A stretch of DNA of 64,000 bases. Origin: Chloroflexi bacterium HGW-Chloroflexi-10. GTDB lineage: Bacteria; Chloroflexota; Anaerolineae; Anaerolineales; Anaerolineaceae. Location of the stretch: contig PHBZ01000015.1 in assembly GCA_002840755.1 (NCBI GenBank), positions 1-64,000 of the forward strand, read 5' to 3'. The notes below the pieces were generated by a model. The model was not told the origin of the DNA. It ran no database searches and saw only the letters and a list, made by a program, of their open reading frames with translations. Positions 49,055 to 60,911 of the stretch are shown piece after piece (positions within the stretch are counted from its first letter, which is position 1; each line of letters opens with the position of its first letter). The translations under genes and the position numbers were made by a program.

Positions 49055-50122
49055 ATGGGAAAGATCAAGACGGGAGCGTATAACCCACTGCCGGTGGCGC
49101 CGATGGTTCTGGTGGGCGCCACAGTGAGTGGAAAACCGAATTACATGGCAGTGGGTTTTGTAAATGGTGTGAACATCAAGCCGGCTATTGTATATGTCAG
49201 CCTGAACAAGCGGCACCATACGCCAACGGGGATTATTGAGAACGGGACCTTCAGCATCAATATCCCTTCGGCTGATTATGTTATCGAGACCGATTACTGC
49301 GGGTTGGTCAGCGGTAAAAATGTTGATAAATCCAATATTTTCACCACGTTTTATGGCGAACTGGGGAGCGCGCCGATGATTGAGGAATTTCCGATCACCT
49401 GCGAATGCCGGTACACCGGGCAGAAGGTGGAATTCGATATGGACACCGTGTATTTCGGCGAGGTGATGCAGGTGTATATTAATGAAGAGGTCCTAGGCGC
49501 CGACGGGAAAATTGACGTATTAAAAGTCAATCCGATTTATTTTTCCGGACTTGAGAACCGGTACCGCGCTTTGGGTGAGGACCTGGGGCCGGGCTGGCAT
49601 ATTGGCAAGCAATATACACCAAAACAGGGTACTGCGGAAGCGGAACCCCGCGGACCAAAATACCAGTGCAGTATTGTTGAACGCTGCGCCCAGCCCGCAT
49701 TGACCATCCGATCCCGGGTAGCACCGGCTGAACTGGCCGCGACCATCGGTCAATCGGCAGCGACTGTTTTCCTATTCGCCAGGGATAATGGATCCACACC
49801 GAGCGGCGCGTTGTTTGTTGCCTATCACGGTTTTGACGGGCAAGGGTTGGATATCGAAATAGGCTTTCCCTTCATGCCTGGAATAGAGGGAAGGGGAAAT
49901 ATACATTTGAGCGAGATTCCCGGTGGAAAAGCCGCCAGCTACCGGCATGTGGGCTCTTATGAAAAACTGCCGGAAGTACGCACCGCGCTGGAACAATGGC
50001 TGAGCATCAATGGGTATGTAGTATGCGGGGCGACTTATGAAATCTACCTGAATGACCCCCAGACAACGGCTCCGGAAAAGCTTGAGACAGAGATATTGTA
50101 TCCGCTGTTACCCGGGAGCTGA
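49055..50122 (+). CDS. fusion protein: flavin reductase-like (FMN-binding split barrel) N-domain + GyrI-like small-molecule-binding C-domain
   Basis: Start ATG 49055 with SD AAGGAG 7 nt upstream. N-terminus KTGAYNPLPVAPMVLVGATVSGKPNYMAVGF is typical of the flavin-reductase family. The C-terminus resembles the GyrI/AraC effector-binding domain. Confidence 0.6.
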   Translation: MGKIKTGAYNPLPVAPMVLVGATVSGKPNYMAVGFVNGVNIKPAIVYVSLNKRHHTPTGIIENGTFSINIPSADYVIETDYCGLVSGKNVDKSNIFTTFYGELGSAPMIEEFPITCECRYTGQKVEFDMDTVYFGEVMQVYINEEVLGADGKIDVLKVNPIYFSGLENRYRALGEDLGPGWHIGKQYTPKQGTAEAEPRGPKYQCSIVERCAQPALTIRSRVAPAELAATIGQSAATVFLFARDNGSTPSGALFVAYHGFDGQGLDIEIGFPFMPGIEGRGNIHLSEIPGGKAASYRHVGSYEKLPEVRTALEQWLSINGYVVCGATYEIYLNDPQTTAPEKLETEILYPLLPGS

Positions 50123-50152
50123 AAATCAGAGGGCAGGGTATGAATAACCTAT

Positions 50153-50494
50153 TCAGCAAGCAATGATCTCTTTGATCATAAATTCTTTTCCGCTCAATAC
50201 TTCCCAATCGTGACCTTCACAATTCGGACATTTTTTGCCGTTCTCCAGGAGATTAAAAACTTTGCCGCACTTTTGGCAGATAACATTGCCAGGCGTTATT
50301 TCGATTTTTAGTTTTGTCTCCTGGAGCAGGGTGCCATCTACTGCGGCCGGGTAACACGCCTCAATATAGCGTGGAACCACCGGTGAGAGCTCGCCGACCT
50401 GGAGAACCAATGTATCAATTTTGGTTACCCCGTTTTTTTGGGCAAAATTCTCAACGGTTTTGACGACACCAAACATAATGCCTAATTCATGCAA
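50153..50494 (-). CDS. hypA: hydrogenase/urease nickel-insertion metallochaperone HypA
   Basis: 113 aa, HELGIM N-terminus (TTG start), zinc site CxxC...CxxC (CQKCG...CPNCEG). Confidence 0.8.
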   Translation of the reverse strand: MHELGIMFGVVKTVENFAQKNGVTKIDTLVLQVGELSPVVPRYIEACYPAAVDGTLLQETKLKIEITPGNVICQKCGKVFNLLENGKKCPNCEGHDWEVLSGKEFMIKEIIAC

Positions 50495-50602
50495 GGGACT
50501 ATCCTATCCTTTATTGCGATCATTTTTAAGAAACTGAGGAAGATCAAAAATTGAAAGAGATTTTCGCCGCGCTGTGGTATTGGCAGCGCGGCGTTATCAG
50601 TC

Positions 50603-53293
50603 TTAATTATTGAAGATTGATTTAAATGATCTGGTCATCTTTTTTGCTGCAATTTTCACCTTGCGTTTAAGGAGTTGTTTGATGACGATGGGTTTGAGGT
50701 CCTCATACGCCGCGCCTTCGCCGTCATATTCTCTAACGAGGGATATCGCATCGAACTTGCATTTTGTCGTGCACACGCCGCAGCCGACGCATAACTCTTT
50801 ATCGACAACCGTAACACCGCAGCCGAGGCAGCGCTGGGTTTCTTTCTCGACCTGTTCCCGTGAAAATGGTACACGTAAATCCTGAAATGTTATTTTTGAT
50901 TTCGCTCCGTCAACATGAAGTGCTTTTTGGCGTGGAAGACGGTCGTAACTCTCAAGGTCAAGATCTGTTTTATCGAGCGCAATATACTCTCTCTTGCTGC
51001 GACCGATGGTGAGACTCTGTCCGGGATGGACAAAACGGTGAATTGAAATTGCAGCTTGCTTGCCCGCAGCGATGGCGTCAATGGCAAACTTAGGGCCGGT
51101 AAGCGCATCGCCACCGGCAAATACATCAGGCTGCCCGGTCTGATAAGTGAATGGATCGGCTTTTATGGTTTGATTGGGGTTTAATTGCGCGGTTGAGCCA
51201 TCCAATAACCTGCCCCAATCTATTGCCTGACCAATTGAAGTCAATACATAATCGGCTTCGACCAGTTTGATCGTACTCTCCTCGAATGACGGATTAAATC
51301 TTCCATTTTCATCCAACGCTGATACGCATTTTTTAAATTCCACACCGGTAACACGACCATCTTGTGTAATGATCCGTTTGGGCCCCCAGGAATTGTTGAC
51401 CTTGATATCTTCCGACAGCGCTTCTTCAATTTCTTCTTCCAACGCCGGCATTTGATTACGGCTCTCAAGGCAGAACAGTTCAACCTGATCCGCACCGACA
51501 CGTGCTGCACTTCTGGCAACATCGATGGCGACATTGCCTCCGCCGATTACAATTACTTTTCCTTTAAGCGAAACGTTTTCACCAAGGTTACTATTGCGCA
51601 ATAAATCAACTCCGGCGATAACGCCCGCGGCATCTTCTCCCTGGATACACAGTTTTCTGCCTGCCTGAGCGCCGATAGCAAGATAGAAGGCTTCGTAGCC
51701 CTGCTTTCTCAAGTCGTCCAAGCTAATTTGATTGCCGACTTCCACGCCTAATTGAAACTCAACCCCTAAATCTTTCAGAATTTCGATTTCGGCATTGACA
51801 ACATTTTTCTCGAGCCGGAAAGACGGAATTCCGAGCGTCAGCATACCACCGAGCGCTTTCTGTTTTTCAAATACTGTAACTTTGTATCCTTCAATCGCCA
51901 GATAGAAAGCGCAGGAAAGCCCAGCGGGACCGGCGCCGATCACGGCTATTTTTTTGCCGTAATCATGTTTTACCTTAGGAATGTAGCGATTTTCCGTGTT
52001 CAAATCCTGTTCTGCAATGAATTTTTTAATTTCATCGATAGCGATTGGATCGTCTATGTCGCCACGGGTACATTCGGTCTCGCAATTTCTCGGGCAGATA
52101 CGCCCGCATACCGCAGGGAAAGGATTTTCGTGCTTGATAAGCTCCAACGCTTCGGTATATTTTCCCTGAGCAGCCAGTTTGATATAACCCTGGATGGATA
52201 TATGGGCGGGACATTCCGTTTTGCAGGGGCTGGTACCGCTTGCGACAACATCTTTCCGGTTGTAGCGATATTCCGCATTCCATTTTTCCGGACCCCAATC
52301 GTTATCGCGGGGCGTTTCTCTCTCCGGCTGGAAAACGGGCGTGGTACCGCAAATTTTCTGCCCCAACATTAAAGCGTTCGTGGGACAGGCTTCAACACAC
52401 TCTCCACAGGCAACACATTTTTCTTTATCAATATGAGAAACATAATTTGAACGAACCATATCGGTGTTGATGAACATCTCGGCGGTTCTCAGGGATAGGC
52501 AGGAGCATCCGCAGCAGTTGCAGATTGCGTGGGTTTTTCCGGGGCCGTCGATATTGGGGATTTGATGAACCAAACCGTTCTCTTCCGCTTTTTTGATAAT
52601 AGCAAAAGCATCCGCACGGGTAATCTCGCGACCTCTACCGGTGCGGATATAGTATTCAGCAGCATGACCCATCTGAATACACATATCTTCCTTTAAGTGG
52701 CCGCAGCCCTCGCCCATAGCCTCCCGGGCCGTGCGGCAGGAGCAATCAGAAACCGAGAAAATAGAATTGTCATTCAGATATTTCGAGACTTCCTCATAAG
52801 ATGCTTTTCGGGAATTTCCATCAATGGCGCTCTCGATAGGGATAACGCGCATCAAACCGATCCCAACCGGGAAATTTCCCGCCGTTGCCGGCCCGCGTAC
52901 CCGGCCGTAAGCTTCAAAAGCCTCGGCGATTTGCGGATATTTTTTGACATTTTCCTTGTTGTTTGTCATCATTTCCATGATGCCGGGAATCCAGGTGTCG
53001 TACCAATATTTGTCTACACCGTCTATTTTGTTGACGAAGCAAACACCGGCCAGCGACAGCTCCCACAACAGCCTGGATGTTTCTTCAATGGATTTAGCGC
53101 ATCGGGCGGCAATCTCCTCCGCGCTCTGCGGTTTGCGCATGTTGAGGCAAAGAGCCACTTCCGCCATTTCTTCCGTAACAACGGGCTCGAGAATCATGTA
53201 TTCAGGGTCTGTCGCTTTAATTCCGGATTTTGAACCCATTTTTTTTCTGCTGACTTTGTTGGCAAACGCCAGGACCTTTTGTTTTACAGCCAT
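50603..53293 (-). CDS. FAD/NAD(P)-dependent oxidoreductase, GltD-like (glutamate-synthase small-subunit type) with 4Fe-4S ferredoxin domains and a Cys-rich N-terminal domain (YgfK-like architecture)
   Basis: 896 aa. Dinucleotide motif GAGPAGLSCAFYLA, ferredoxin motifs CVACGECVEACP and CVGCGVCTTKC, and an N-terminal Cys cluster CSCRTA...HAICNCCGCSC. The resemblance to E. coli YgfK is recalled from memory and was not searched. Confidence 0.75.
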   Translation of the reverse strand: MAVKQKVLAFANKVSRKKMGSKSGIKATDPEYMILEPVVTEEMAEVALCLNMRKPQSAEEIAARCAKSIEETSRLLWELSLAGVCFVNKIDGVDKYWYDTWIPGIMEMMTNNKENVKKYPQIAEAFEAYGRVRGPATAGNFPVGIGLMRVIPIESAIDGNSRKASYEEVSKYLNDNSIFSVSDCSCRTAREAMGEGCGHLKEDMCIQMGHAAEYYIRTGRGREITRADAFAIIKKAEENGLVHQIPNIDGPGKTHAICNCCGCSCLSLRTAEMFINTDMVRSNYVSHIDKEKCVACGECVEACPTNALMLGQKICGTTPVFQPERETPRDNDWGPEKWNAEYRYNRKDVVASGTSPCKTECPAHISIQGYIKLAAQGKYTEALELIKHENPFPAVCGRICPRNCETECTRGDIDDPIAIDEIKKFIAEQDLNTENRYIPKVKHDYGKKIAVIGAGPAGLSCAFYLAIEGYKVTVFEKQKALGGMLTLGIPSFRLEKNVVNAEIEILKDLGVEFQLGVEVGNQISLDDLRKQGYEAFYLAIGAQAGRKLCIQGEDAAGVIAGVDLLRNSNLGENVSLKGKVIVIGGGNVAIDVARSAARVGADQVELFCLESRNQMPALEEEIEEALSEDIKVNNSWGPKRIITQDGRVTGVEFKKCVSALDENGRFNPSFEESTIKLVEADYVLTSIGQAIDWGRLLDGSTAQLNPNQTIKADPFTYQTGQPDVFAGGDALTGPKFAIDAIAAGKQAAISIHRFVHPGQSLTIGRSKREYIALDKTDLDLESYDRLPRQKALHVDGAKSKITFQDLRVPFSREQVEKETQRCLGCGVTVVDKELCVGCGVCTTKCKFDAISLVREYDGEGAAYEDLKPIVIKQLLKRKVKIAAKKMTRSFKSIFNN

Positions 53294-53311
53294 GATGATT
53301 TCCTTTCAATC

Positions 53312-53995
53312 CTAATCATTATCTTTTTCTTTCCAGTTTTTTACTTCGGTGCGGATCCATTTGGCCCATTCGGCAATTCCCTCACCTGTTTTGGCAGAAA
53401 TTGGGATTATACTGACGTTTGGGTTCAGTTTCTTAACACGCTGGCTGGCAGCCGCTAGATCAAAATTAAAAAATTCCATCGCATCGATTTTATTAATTAA
53501 TAGGACATCAACAACCGAAAACATCAGCGGGTATTTGAGGGGTTTATCGTCTCCCTCGGGAACGCTTAAGATCATGGCATTTTTTACCGCACCGGTATCG
53601 AATTCCGCCGGGCAGAGAAGATTTCCGATATTCTCGAGGATGACGAAGTCCAGCCCTTGCGTTCCCATTGCGGATAGGCCCTGGATGGTCATATTGGCAT
53701 CGAGATGGCACATGCCGCCGGTGTGAAGCTGAATGACTTTTGCACCTGTCTGTGAAACTGTGCGCGCATCCACATCCGAGTCAACATCAGCTTCCACAAC
53801 GCCAATTTTCATTTCGTTTTTCAAGGCTTCAATGGTTCTGACAACTGTTGTTGTTTTTCCTGAACCAGGCGACGACATCAAATTCAATAAAAAGGTCTTG
53901 CTCTTTTTCAGCTCTCCCCTGAGTATTTCTGCCTGGCGGTTGTTATCTTCAAAAACGCTTTGCTTGATCTCGAGAATTTTAAATGTTTCCTTCAT
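53312..53995 (-). CDS. hypB: hydrogenase nickel-incorporation GTPase HypB
   Basis: P-loop SSPGSGKTT, CH motif GGMCHLDA, G-domain motifs LENIGNL and NKID. Confidence 0.85.
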   Translation of the reverse strand: MKETFKILEIKQSVFEDNNRQAEILRGELKKSKTFLLNLMSSPGSGKTTTVVRTIEALKNEMKIGVVEADVDSDVDARTVSQTGAKVIQLHTGGMCHLDANMTIQGLSAMGTQGLDFVILENIGNLLCPAEFDTGAVKNAMILSVPEGDDKPLKYPLMFSVVDVLLINKIDAMEFFNFDLAAASQRVKKLNPNVSIIPISAKTGEGIAEWAKWIRTEVKNWKEKDND

Positions 53996-54197
53996 CTTTA
54001 TCTACCTCTAATGGTCCTGATTATTCTGCCATCACTTTAATTATATTGATTTTGAGACATTAAATACCTAACGTAAGGTATGTTTTTTTGGATACTTGTC
54101 ATGATTTATATAAAGAGTAAGCCACAAAACAATTAATGGATTGCGGCTTACTCTTTATCCCCCAGCAACTTAATTTTGCCAATGGGGCGCTGTTCTT

Positions 54198-55112
54198 CTA
54201 TTTAAGCGCAGCCACCTGTTTGTAAGCGGGCAGATCAGTATACATTTCTTCTTTGAGTGGATTGCGTTTGGTTTTCAGAATCCTGTAAATTTCATAGACC
54301 AGGACAGCAATATTGGCCGCCAGGGCGAGAGCGCTGACTACCCAGAGAGCGGTTTCATTATGAGAGGACTTGACTGCAAAGGTGGAGGTATCCACAAAAG
54401 CGGGGAAGGTCATGACAAACATCATCCAGATACCCAGGGTCTGGGCGCGGTGTTGAAGCCAGGCACCTTTTTTAATGAAGAAAGCAGGAATGGTGCAGGA
54501 GATAAGCAGGGCTGCCCCGGCATAAAAGGCATGGTCGGAAACACAGTTATAAACATAGGCAAAGTTCCAGAGATCGTAAGCGATGATCCAGAACCAGAGC
54601 ATATCCGGCCAGAGCATATCCTTCTTTTTATCCCTACCAATAAAAATACCTACCCAACCGGTAATGGTAATGATGTTAATCAGACCGGCGATGCCGTTCA
54701 TGATATTCCAGGGGCCGCCAATGGTAAAAATGCCATCGACAAAACCATTGACGTTGATGGTCTGAAAATCACGTACCACAGCTTCGAGAATGTTAATTGC
54801 CAGAATAAACGGAGGAAACATGAGCGCGTATTTATTGGTGCTCCAGCCTTTAATGTTACGGATGGCCAGAAAACCCAGACAGCCTGCCAAGGCTGAATAA
54901 ACTTTGGCCCAGTGGAACCATGTGCCAACGCTGGAACCGGGGGCGGCGGTGTACTTCCAGACTGTGAATGGCAGGATGGCAGGCAGTACCAGGAAGATGG
55001 CCAATGCAAACCATTTATTGATGCGCGCCAGCTCGTTGATGAGGATTAACCCACCCAGAACTACAAACCACATTAAAATCGAATACCAGGGGAGCGGTTC
55101 AAATAAAAACAT
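54198..55112 (-). CDS. hypothetical polytopic membrane protein
   Basis: 304 aa, about 8 TM helices, family not recognised. Lies 200 bp upstream of hypB on the same strand. Confidence 0.5.
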   Translation of the reverse strand: MFLFEPLPWYSILMWFVVLGGLILINELARINKWFALAIFLVLPAILPFTVWKYTAAPGSSVGTWFHWAKVYSALAGCLGFLAIRNIKGWSTNKYALMFPPFILAINILEAVVRDFQTINVNGFVDGIFTIGGPWNIMNGIAGLINIITITGWVGIFIGRDKKKDMLWPDMLWFWIIAYDLWNFAYVYNCVSDHAFYAGAALLISCTIPAFFIKKGAWLQHRAQTLGIWMMFVMTFPAFVDTSTFAVKSSHNETALWVVSALALAANIAVLVYEIYRILKTKRNPLKEEMYTDLPAYKQVAALK

Positions 55113-55239
55113 TCCAAGCCTCCATGAAAATAAGATGAAAAAATACCTAACAGTTGGTATGTTTTCTATTATAATTATTTCCAGAGTAATGTCAATAAGG
55201 GTTCAGTTTTTTTGGTAAAATTAAACCGGAGAGTTGCAT

Positions 55240-55863
55240 ATGAATAAAGACGGCAAAATAAAAATTATTGAAGCTGCACAGCGTTTGATTGCCCAGCAAG
55301 GGGTAGAGAAAACCTCGATGCGCAATATCGCTGAAGAAGCGGGCATAACCACCGGGGCAATTTATTACTATTACAAAAGCAAGGAAGAACTGCTTTACGA
55401 TGTTATGGATTATGCAACCGCCATTACTGCCGAGATTATGAAAATGCGTTCCAGCCCTAAGGCCAAGCCGGAGGAAGTGCTGGATGAAATTGCGCGAAAG
55501 GTGACGCAGCAGTTGAAAAATAACAGCCTGTGGAGCCTGCGTTTTTACCTGGCATCCCAGGCTGCTCTGGGGGATGAAACCCTGCGCACACGCTTTTCCA
55601 ACAATTATGCCGCTCAGACCAAACGGACGGCAGAGTTATTTAATTATGTATTTGACACCCAACCCCAACCCCAGGATATGTACGTGGCTGCATTGATGGT
55701 GGCAGCCCTGGATGGAATCAACTTTCAGCAGTTTATTGGCGTTTTGCCGGTAGAGATTGGAGAACTGGCGCGCATCTACAATGAATTTTTTGCCTATGCG
55801 GTGCCTTTGTTCCAAAAAAACCTGAGCGATATTCACCGTTTTGGCAACCTACGCTCGGAATAA
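55240..55863 (+). CDS. TetR/AcrR family transcriptional regulator
   Basis: N-terminal HTH EKTSMRNIAEEAGITTGAIYYYYKSKEEL. ATG at 55240 preferred (SD GGAGAG). Confidence 0.8.
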   Translation: MNKDGKIKIIEAAQRLIAQQGVEKTSMRNIAEEAGITTGAIYYYYKSKEELLYDVMDYATAITAEIMKMRSSPKAKPEEVLDEIARKVTQQLKNNSLWSLRFYLASQAALGDETLRTRFSNNYAAQTKRTAELFNYVFDTQPQPQDMYVAALMVAALDGINFQQFIGVLPVEIGELARIYNEFFAYAVPLFQKNLSDIHRFGNLRSE

Positions 55864-56018
55864 AACTTTTGCTGCCTCTTTGAGTGGGCAACAAAAGCCG
55901 GAAACGAACATGCAAATTGTGATGAACCAAATTTGATGCTTTTTACGGCGGAAGTTCTACAAGCAATAGGTTGTGCCGGATGTGGTGATCAAAATGGCGC
56001 GTGATTTTCGTTCCGCGA

Positions 56019-56843
56019 TTATAGAAAAACGGCATTTTTTGGTTGTTCACACCCAATAATTTTCTTGTTGATCCGCAGCATATCCTCCACTTTCTCTGTA
56101 GGGCAAAGGATGGCCTGCCTGCTACAAACTGTTGTGCAGTGGTAGCAATAAATACATTTCTGACTGTTGTGTATGACCGTCTCACCCATTTCCATGGCAC
56201 CGGTTGGGCATTCATTAACGCAGCGTTTGCATTTGATGCACTTGTTATGGTCAATCCGGATAGGTAACTGGCGTAGTTTTCCAATCCAATGGGTGAGTGG
56301 ATAAACAGCATTGACCTGCCAGGTTTGGTAGGAAAACATTTGTTTCACTTTCTCCCAGGGAATACTCTGAAATTGATTCTCCGATAGCCGGGAGCAAAAC
56401 AAATCGATAGTTTTTAGCGCAGACGGATCAGGATAACTGACATGATTGTAAAAATGCGGCGCCCAGACTTTCATTCCACCCACGATTGAAATAGCGTGCT
56501 GCTTTAGAATTTTAGATGTGTTGAGAAAAGCTTTGCCTGTTGTAATTCCACCAAAAGCCAGATAGATAAATGCCTTCACCGGTTTTTTGAGGCGGGGTAA
56601 AGCAATTGATAAAAAGTTTTCCATGGGTTCCAAAATTCGCATATGATAAGCCGGACTACCAATCCCGATGAGATCGACTTCATCGAAAATCTGAGGGGAT
56701 AGGTTCTGCGGATTGCGATTAGTTTGGTTGCCTATGTTAAGAGTTGTGACTTTGTGTCCATCCTGAATGAAACGGTCCCGCAGTGCATAGCTGATCTTTT
56801 CAGTGGTTTTATTGGGTGAAATGTAAAGTAACAAGATGTTCAT
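56019..56843 (-). CDS. flavodoxin-like protein fused to a 2x[4Fe-4S] ferredoxin domain
   Basis: N-terminal flavodoxin-like fold (MNILLLYISPNKTTEKI). C-terminal CIKCKRCVNECP and CIYCYHCTTVC cluster motifs. Confidence 0.65.
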   Translation of the reverse strand: MNILLLYISPNKTTEKISYALRDRFIQDGHKVTTLNIGNQTNRNPQNLSPQIFDEVDLIGIGSPAYHMRILEPMENFLSIALPRLKKPVKAFIYLAFGGITTGKAFLNTSKILKQHAISIVGGMKVWAPHFYNHVSYPDPSALKTIDLFCSRLSENQFQSIPWEKVKQMFSYQTWQVNAVYPLTHWIGKLRQLPIRIDHNKCIKCKRCVNECPTGAMEMGETVIHNSQKCIYCYHCTTVCSRQAILCPTEKVEDMLRINKKIIGCEQPKNAVFL

Positions 56844-57092
56844 TGTGATAACTCCTATGTAATTGAACGGATGTGATACCGGAACAGATCAAATAAGGGA
56901 TTCATTTTCATTGATGGATGTCCTTTTTCGCGCTCATGTTTATTATACTAGAAGTATAAACAATGAGTATAATACGCGATTTGGCGGCGTCTGTCAAGAC
57001 CTTGAAGATCTGGTCTGTTTGGATTATTATGAACTCTGGTATAAACTTCAGGTATATATATTGAATCAAAAAACGGATTTGGGAGCAGCATT

Positions 57093-57701
57093 ATGCCAGG
57101 AAACAAGATGGGTCAGCATACCAAGGAGAAGATTTTAGAAGCGGCAAAACTAGAATTTTTGGAAAAAGGATTTGAACCTGCTAAGGTAGATGATATTGCC
57201 AGGCGAGCAGGCATTACCAAGGCCATGCTGTACTACCATTTCAACACCAAGGAAAATATCTTTAACGAGATTGTAAATAAAGTGGTTGCTGAGGTAAGGC
57301 AGGAATTTCGCTCCACTATGTCATTGGCTGATATGGGTAACCCCGAGCAATTCCGCAACCACTTGAAAGCGATGGCTACTTTTTATTATCAACGGCAAAA
57401 CATTATCAGACTGGTCATTGCCGAACAATTCAGTGACCGTAATCAGAAGAATGTCAGCCAACTGACTGTGTTCAAGGATATATTTGAGCTGATTAAGGAC
57501 CTGGCCGGGAAGAACCCCGAGAGGGATGAAGATGAGTTTCTGATCCGGCTATTTTTTTTCAACGCTTTGCCAATGTTGTTATATGCAAGCCTCTCAGACC
57601 AGTTTTGTTCCGATTTTGGTATTTCGCCAGAGAAGTGCCTGGACGTATTTACGGATACATTTACGCGTTCATTTCTTAGCTCTGCTGCAAGTACCCGGTA
57701 A
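57093..57701 (+). CDS. TetR/AcrR family transcriptional regulator
   Basis: HTH EKGFEPAKVDDIARRAGITKAMLYYHFNTKENIF. Divergent from the flavodoxin-ferredoxin gene. Confidence 0.8.
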   Translation: MPGNKMGQHTKEKILEAAKLEFLEKGFEPAKVDDIARRAGITKAMLYYHFNTKENIFNEIVNKVVAEVRQEFRSTMSLADMGNPEQFRNHLKAMATFYYQRQNIIRLVIAEQFSDRNQKNVSQLTVFKDIFELIKDLAGKNPERDEDEFLIRLFFFNALPMLLYASLSDQFCSDFGISPEKCLDVFTDTFTRSFLSSAASTR

Positions 57702-57863
57702 TCCGGTAGACTGCAATTGTAATCAAGATGAATTTGCACTCTCTGTTTTCAGACATTCCCTCATATCTACTGATAAATGGCGCGGAATTTGGTTTCATAA
57801 TGACTACCGCAACTCATGTGTTTGAAATGCAGTTTGATCAATCGAATTAAAAAGGAGCCCTGT

Positions 57864-58538
57864 ATGCCTATTCCAGATAGTTGGCTTCCCGCTCTGGTGG
57901 GTGAAACTACCAAACCTTACTATGAACAACTCTATCGTTTTATTGGTGAGGAACGCCGCAAAACTAAAATTTATCCGCCGGGGGAAGATGTGTTCAACGC
58001 TTTGCGGTATACACCATTTGAGCGTGTACGCGTGGTGATCATCGGACAGGATCCGTACCACGATGAAAACCAGGCCCACGGACTGGCATTTTCGGTGCGG
58101 CCAGGGGTAGCTACGCCGCCTTCGCTGGTGAATATCTATAAAGAACTGCAAGAGGATGTTCAATTTCGCATCCCAAAGCATGGCTGCCTGATCCCCTGGG
58201 CAGAACAGGGGGTGCTGCTGTTGAATGCCGTGCTGACAGTGCGCGCTCACCAGGCCAACTCACACCAGGGAAAAGGCTGGGAGAACTTTACCGACGCCGT
58301 GCTGCGCGCAGTTAATGCAAGTGACAGCCGGGTGGTCTTTCTCTTGTGGGGCAGCTATGCCCAGCGGAAGGCTGAATGGATTGATATCAAGCGGCACACT
58401 GTGCTTAAAGCTCCGCACCCTTCACCGCTTTCCGCCTCACGCGGATTTTTTGGCTGCCGGCACTTCTCCAAAGCTAATACTGCCCTTCTGACGGCTGGCC
58501 TGCAACCGATCGATTGGCAACTGCCGGATTTTAAATAG
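57864..58538 (+). CDS. ung: uracil-DNA glycosylase, family 1
   Basis: GQDPYH water-activating loop, the LLLN region and the C-terminal HPSPLSA motif. Start MPIPDSW with SD AAAGGAG 7 nt upstream. Confidence 0.85.
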   Translation: MPIPDSWLPALVGETTKPYYEQLYRFIGEERRKTKIYPPGEDVFNALRYTPFERVRVVIIGQDPYHDENQAHGLAFSVRPGVATPPSLVNIYKELQEDVQFRIPKHGCLIPWAEQGVLLLNAVLTVRAHQANSHQGKGWENFTDAVLRAVNASDSRVVFLLWGSYAQRKAEWIDIKRHTVLKAPHPSPLSASRGFFGCRHFSKANTALLTAGLQPIDWQLPDFK

Positions 58539-58637
58539 CATCCGGCTCAACTATGGCGATTTGCCGTGCGTTGAACCGGATGGCTGCTGAATTTTTTTAC
58601 CGCCCTCTCGGAGACCTCGAAGACGGCTATTTTATGA

Positions 58638-60851
<2,214 letters not shown>

Positions 60852-60911
60852 TTAATTTGTTAAAAAGTAGTACTAGAATAGATTGTCCGCAGTTTCCCCA
60901 AAAGGAGTTGC

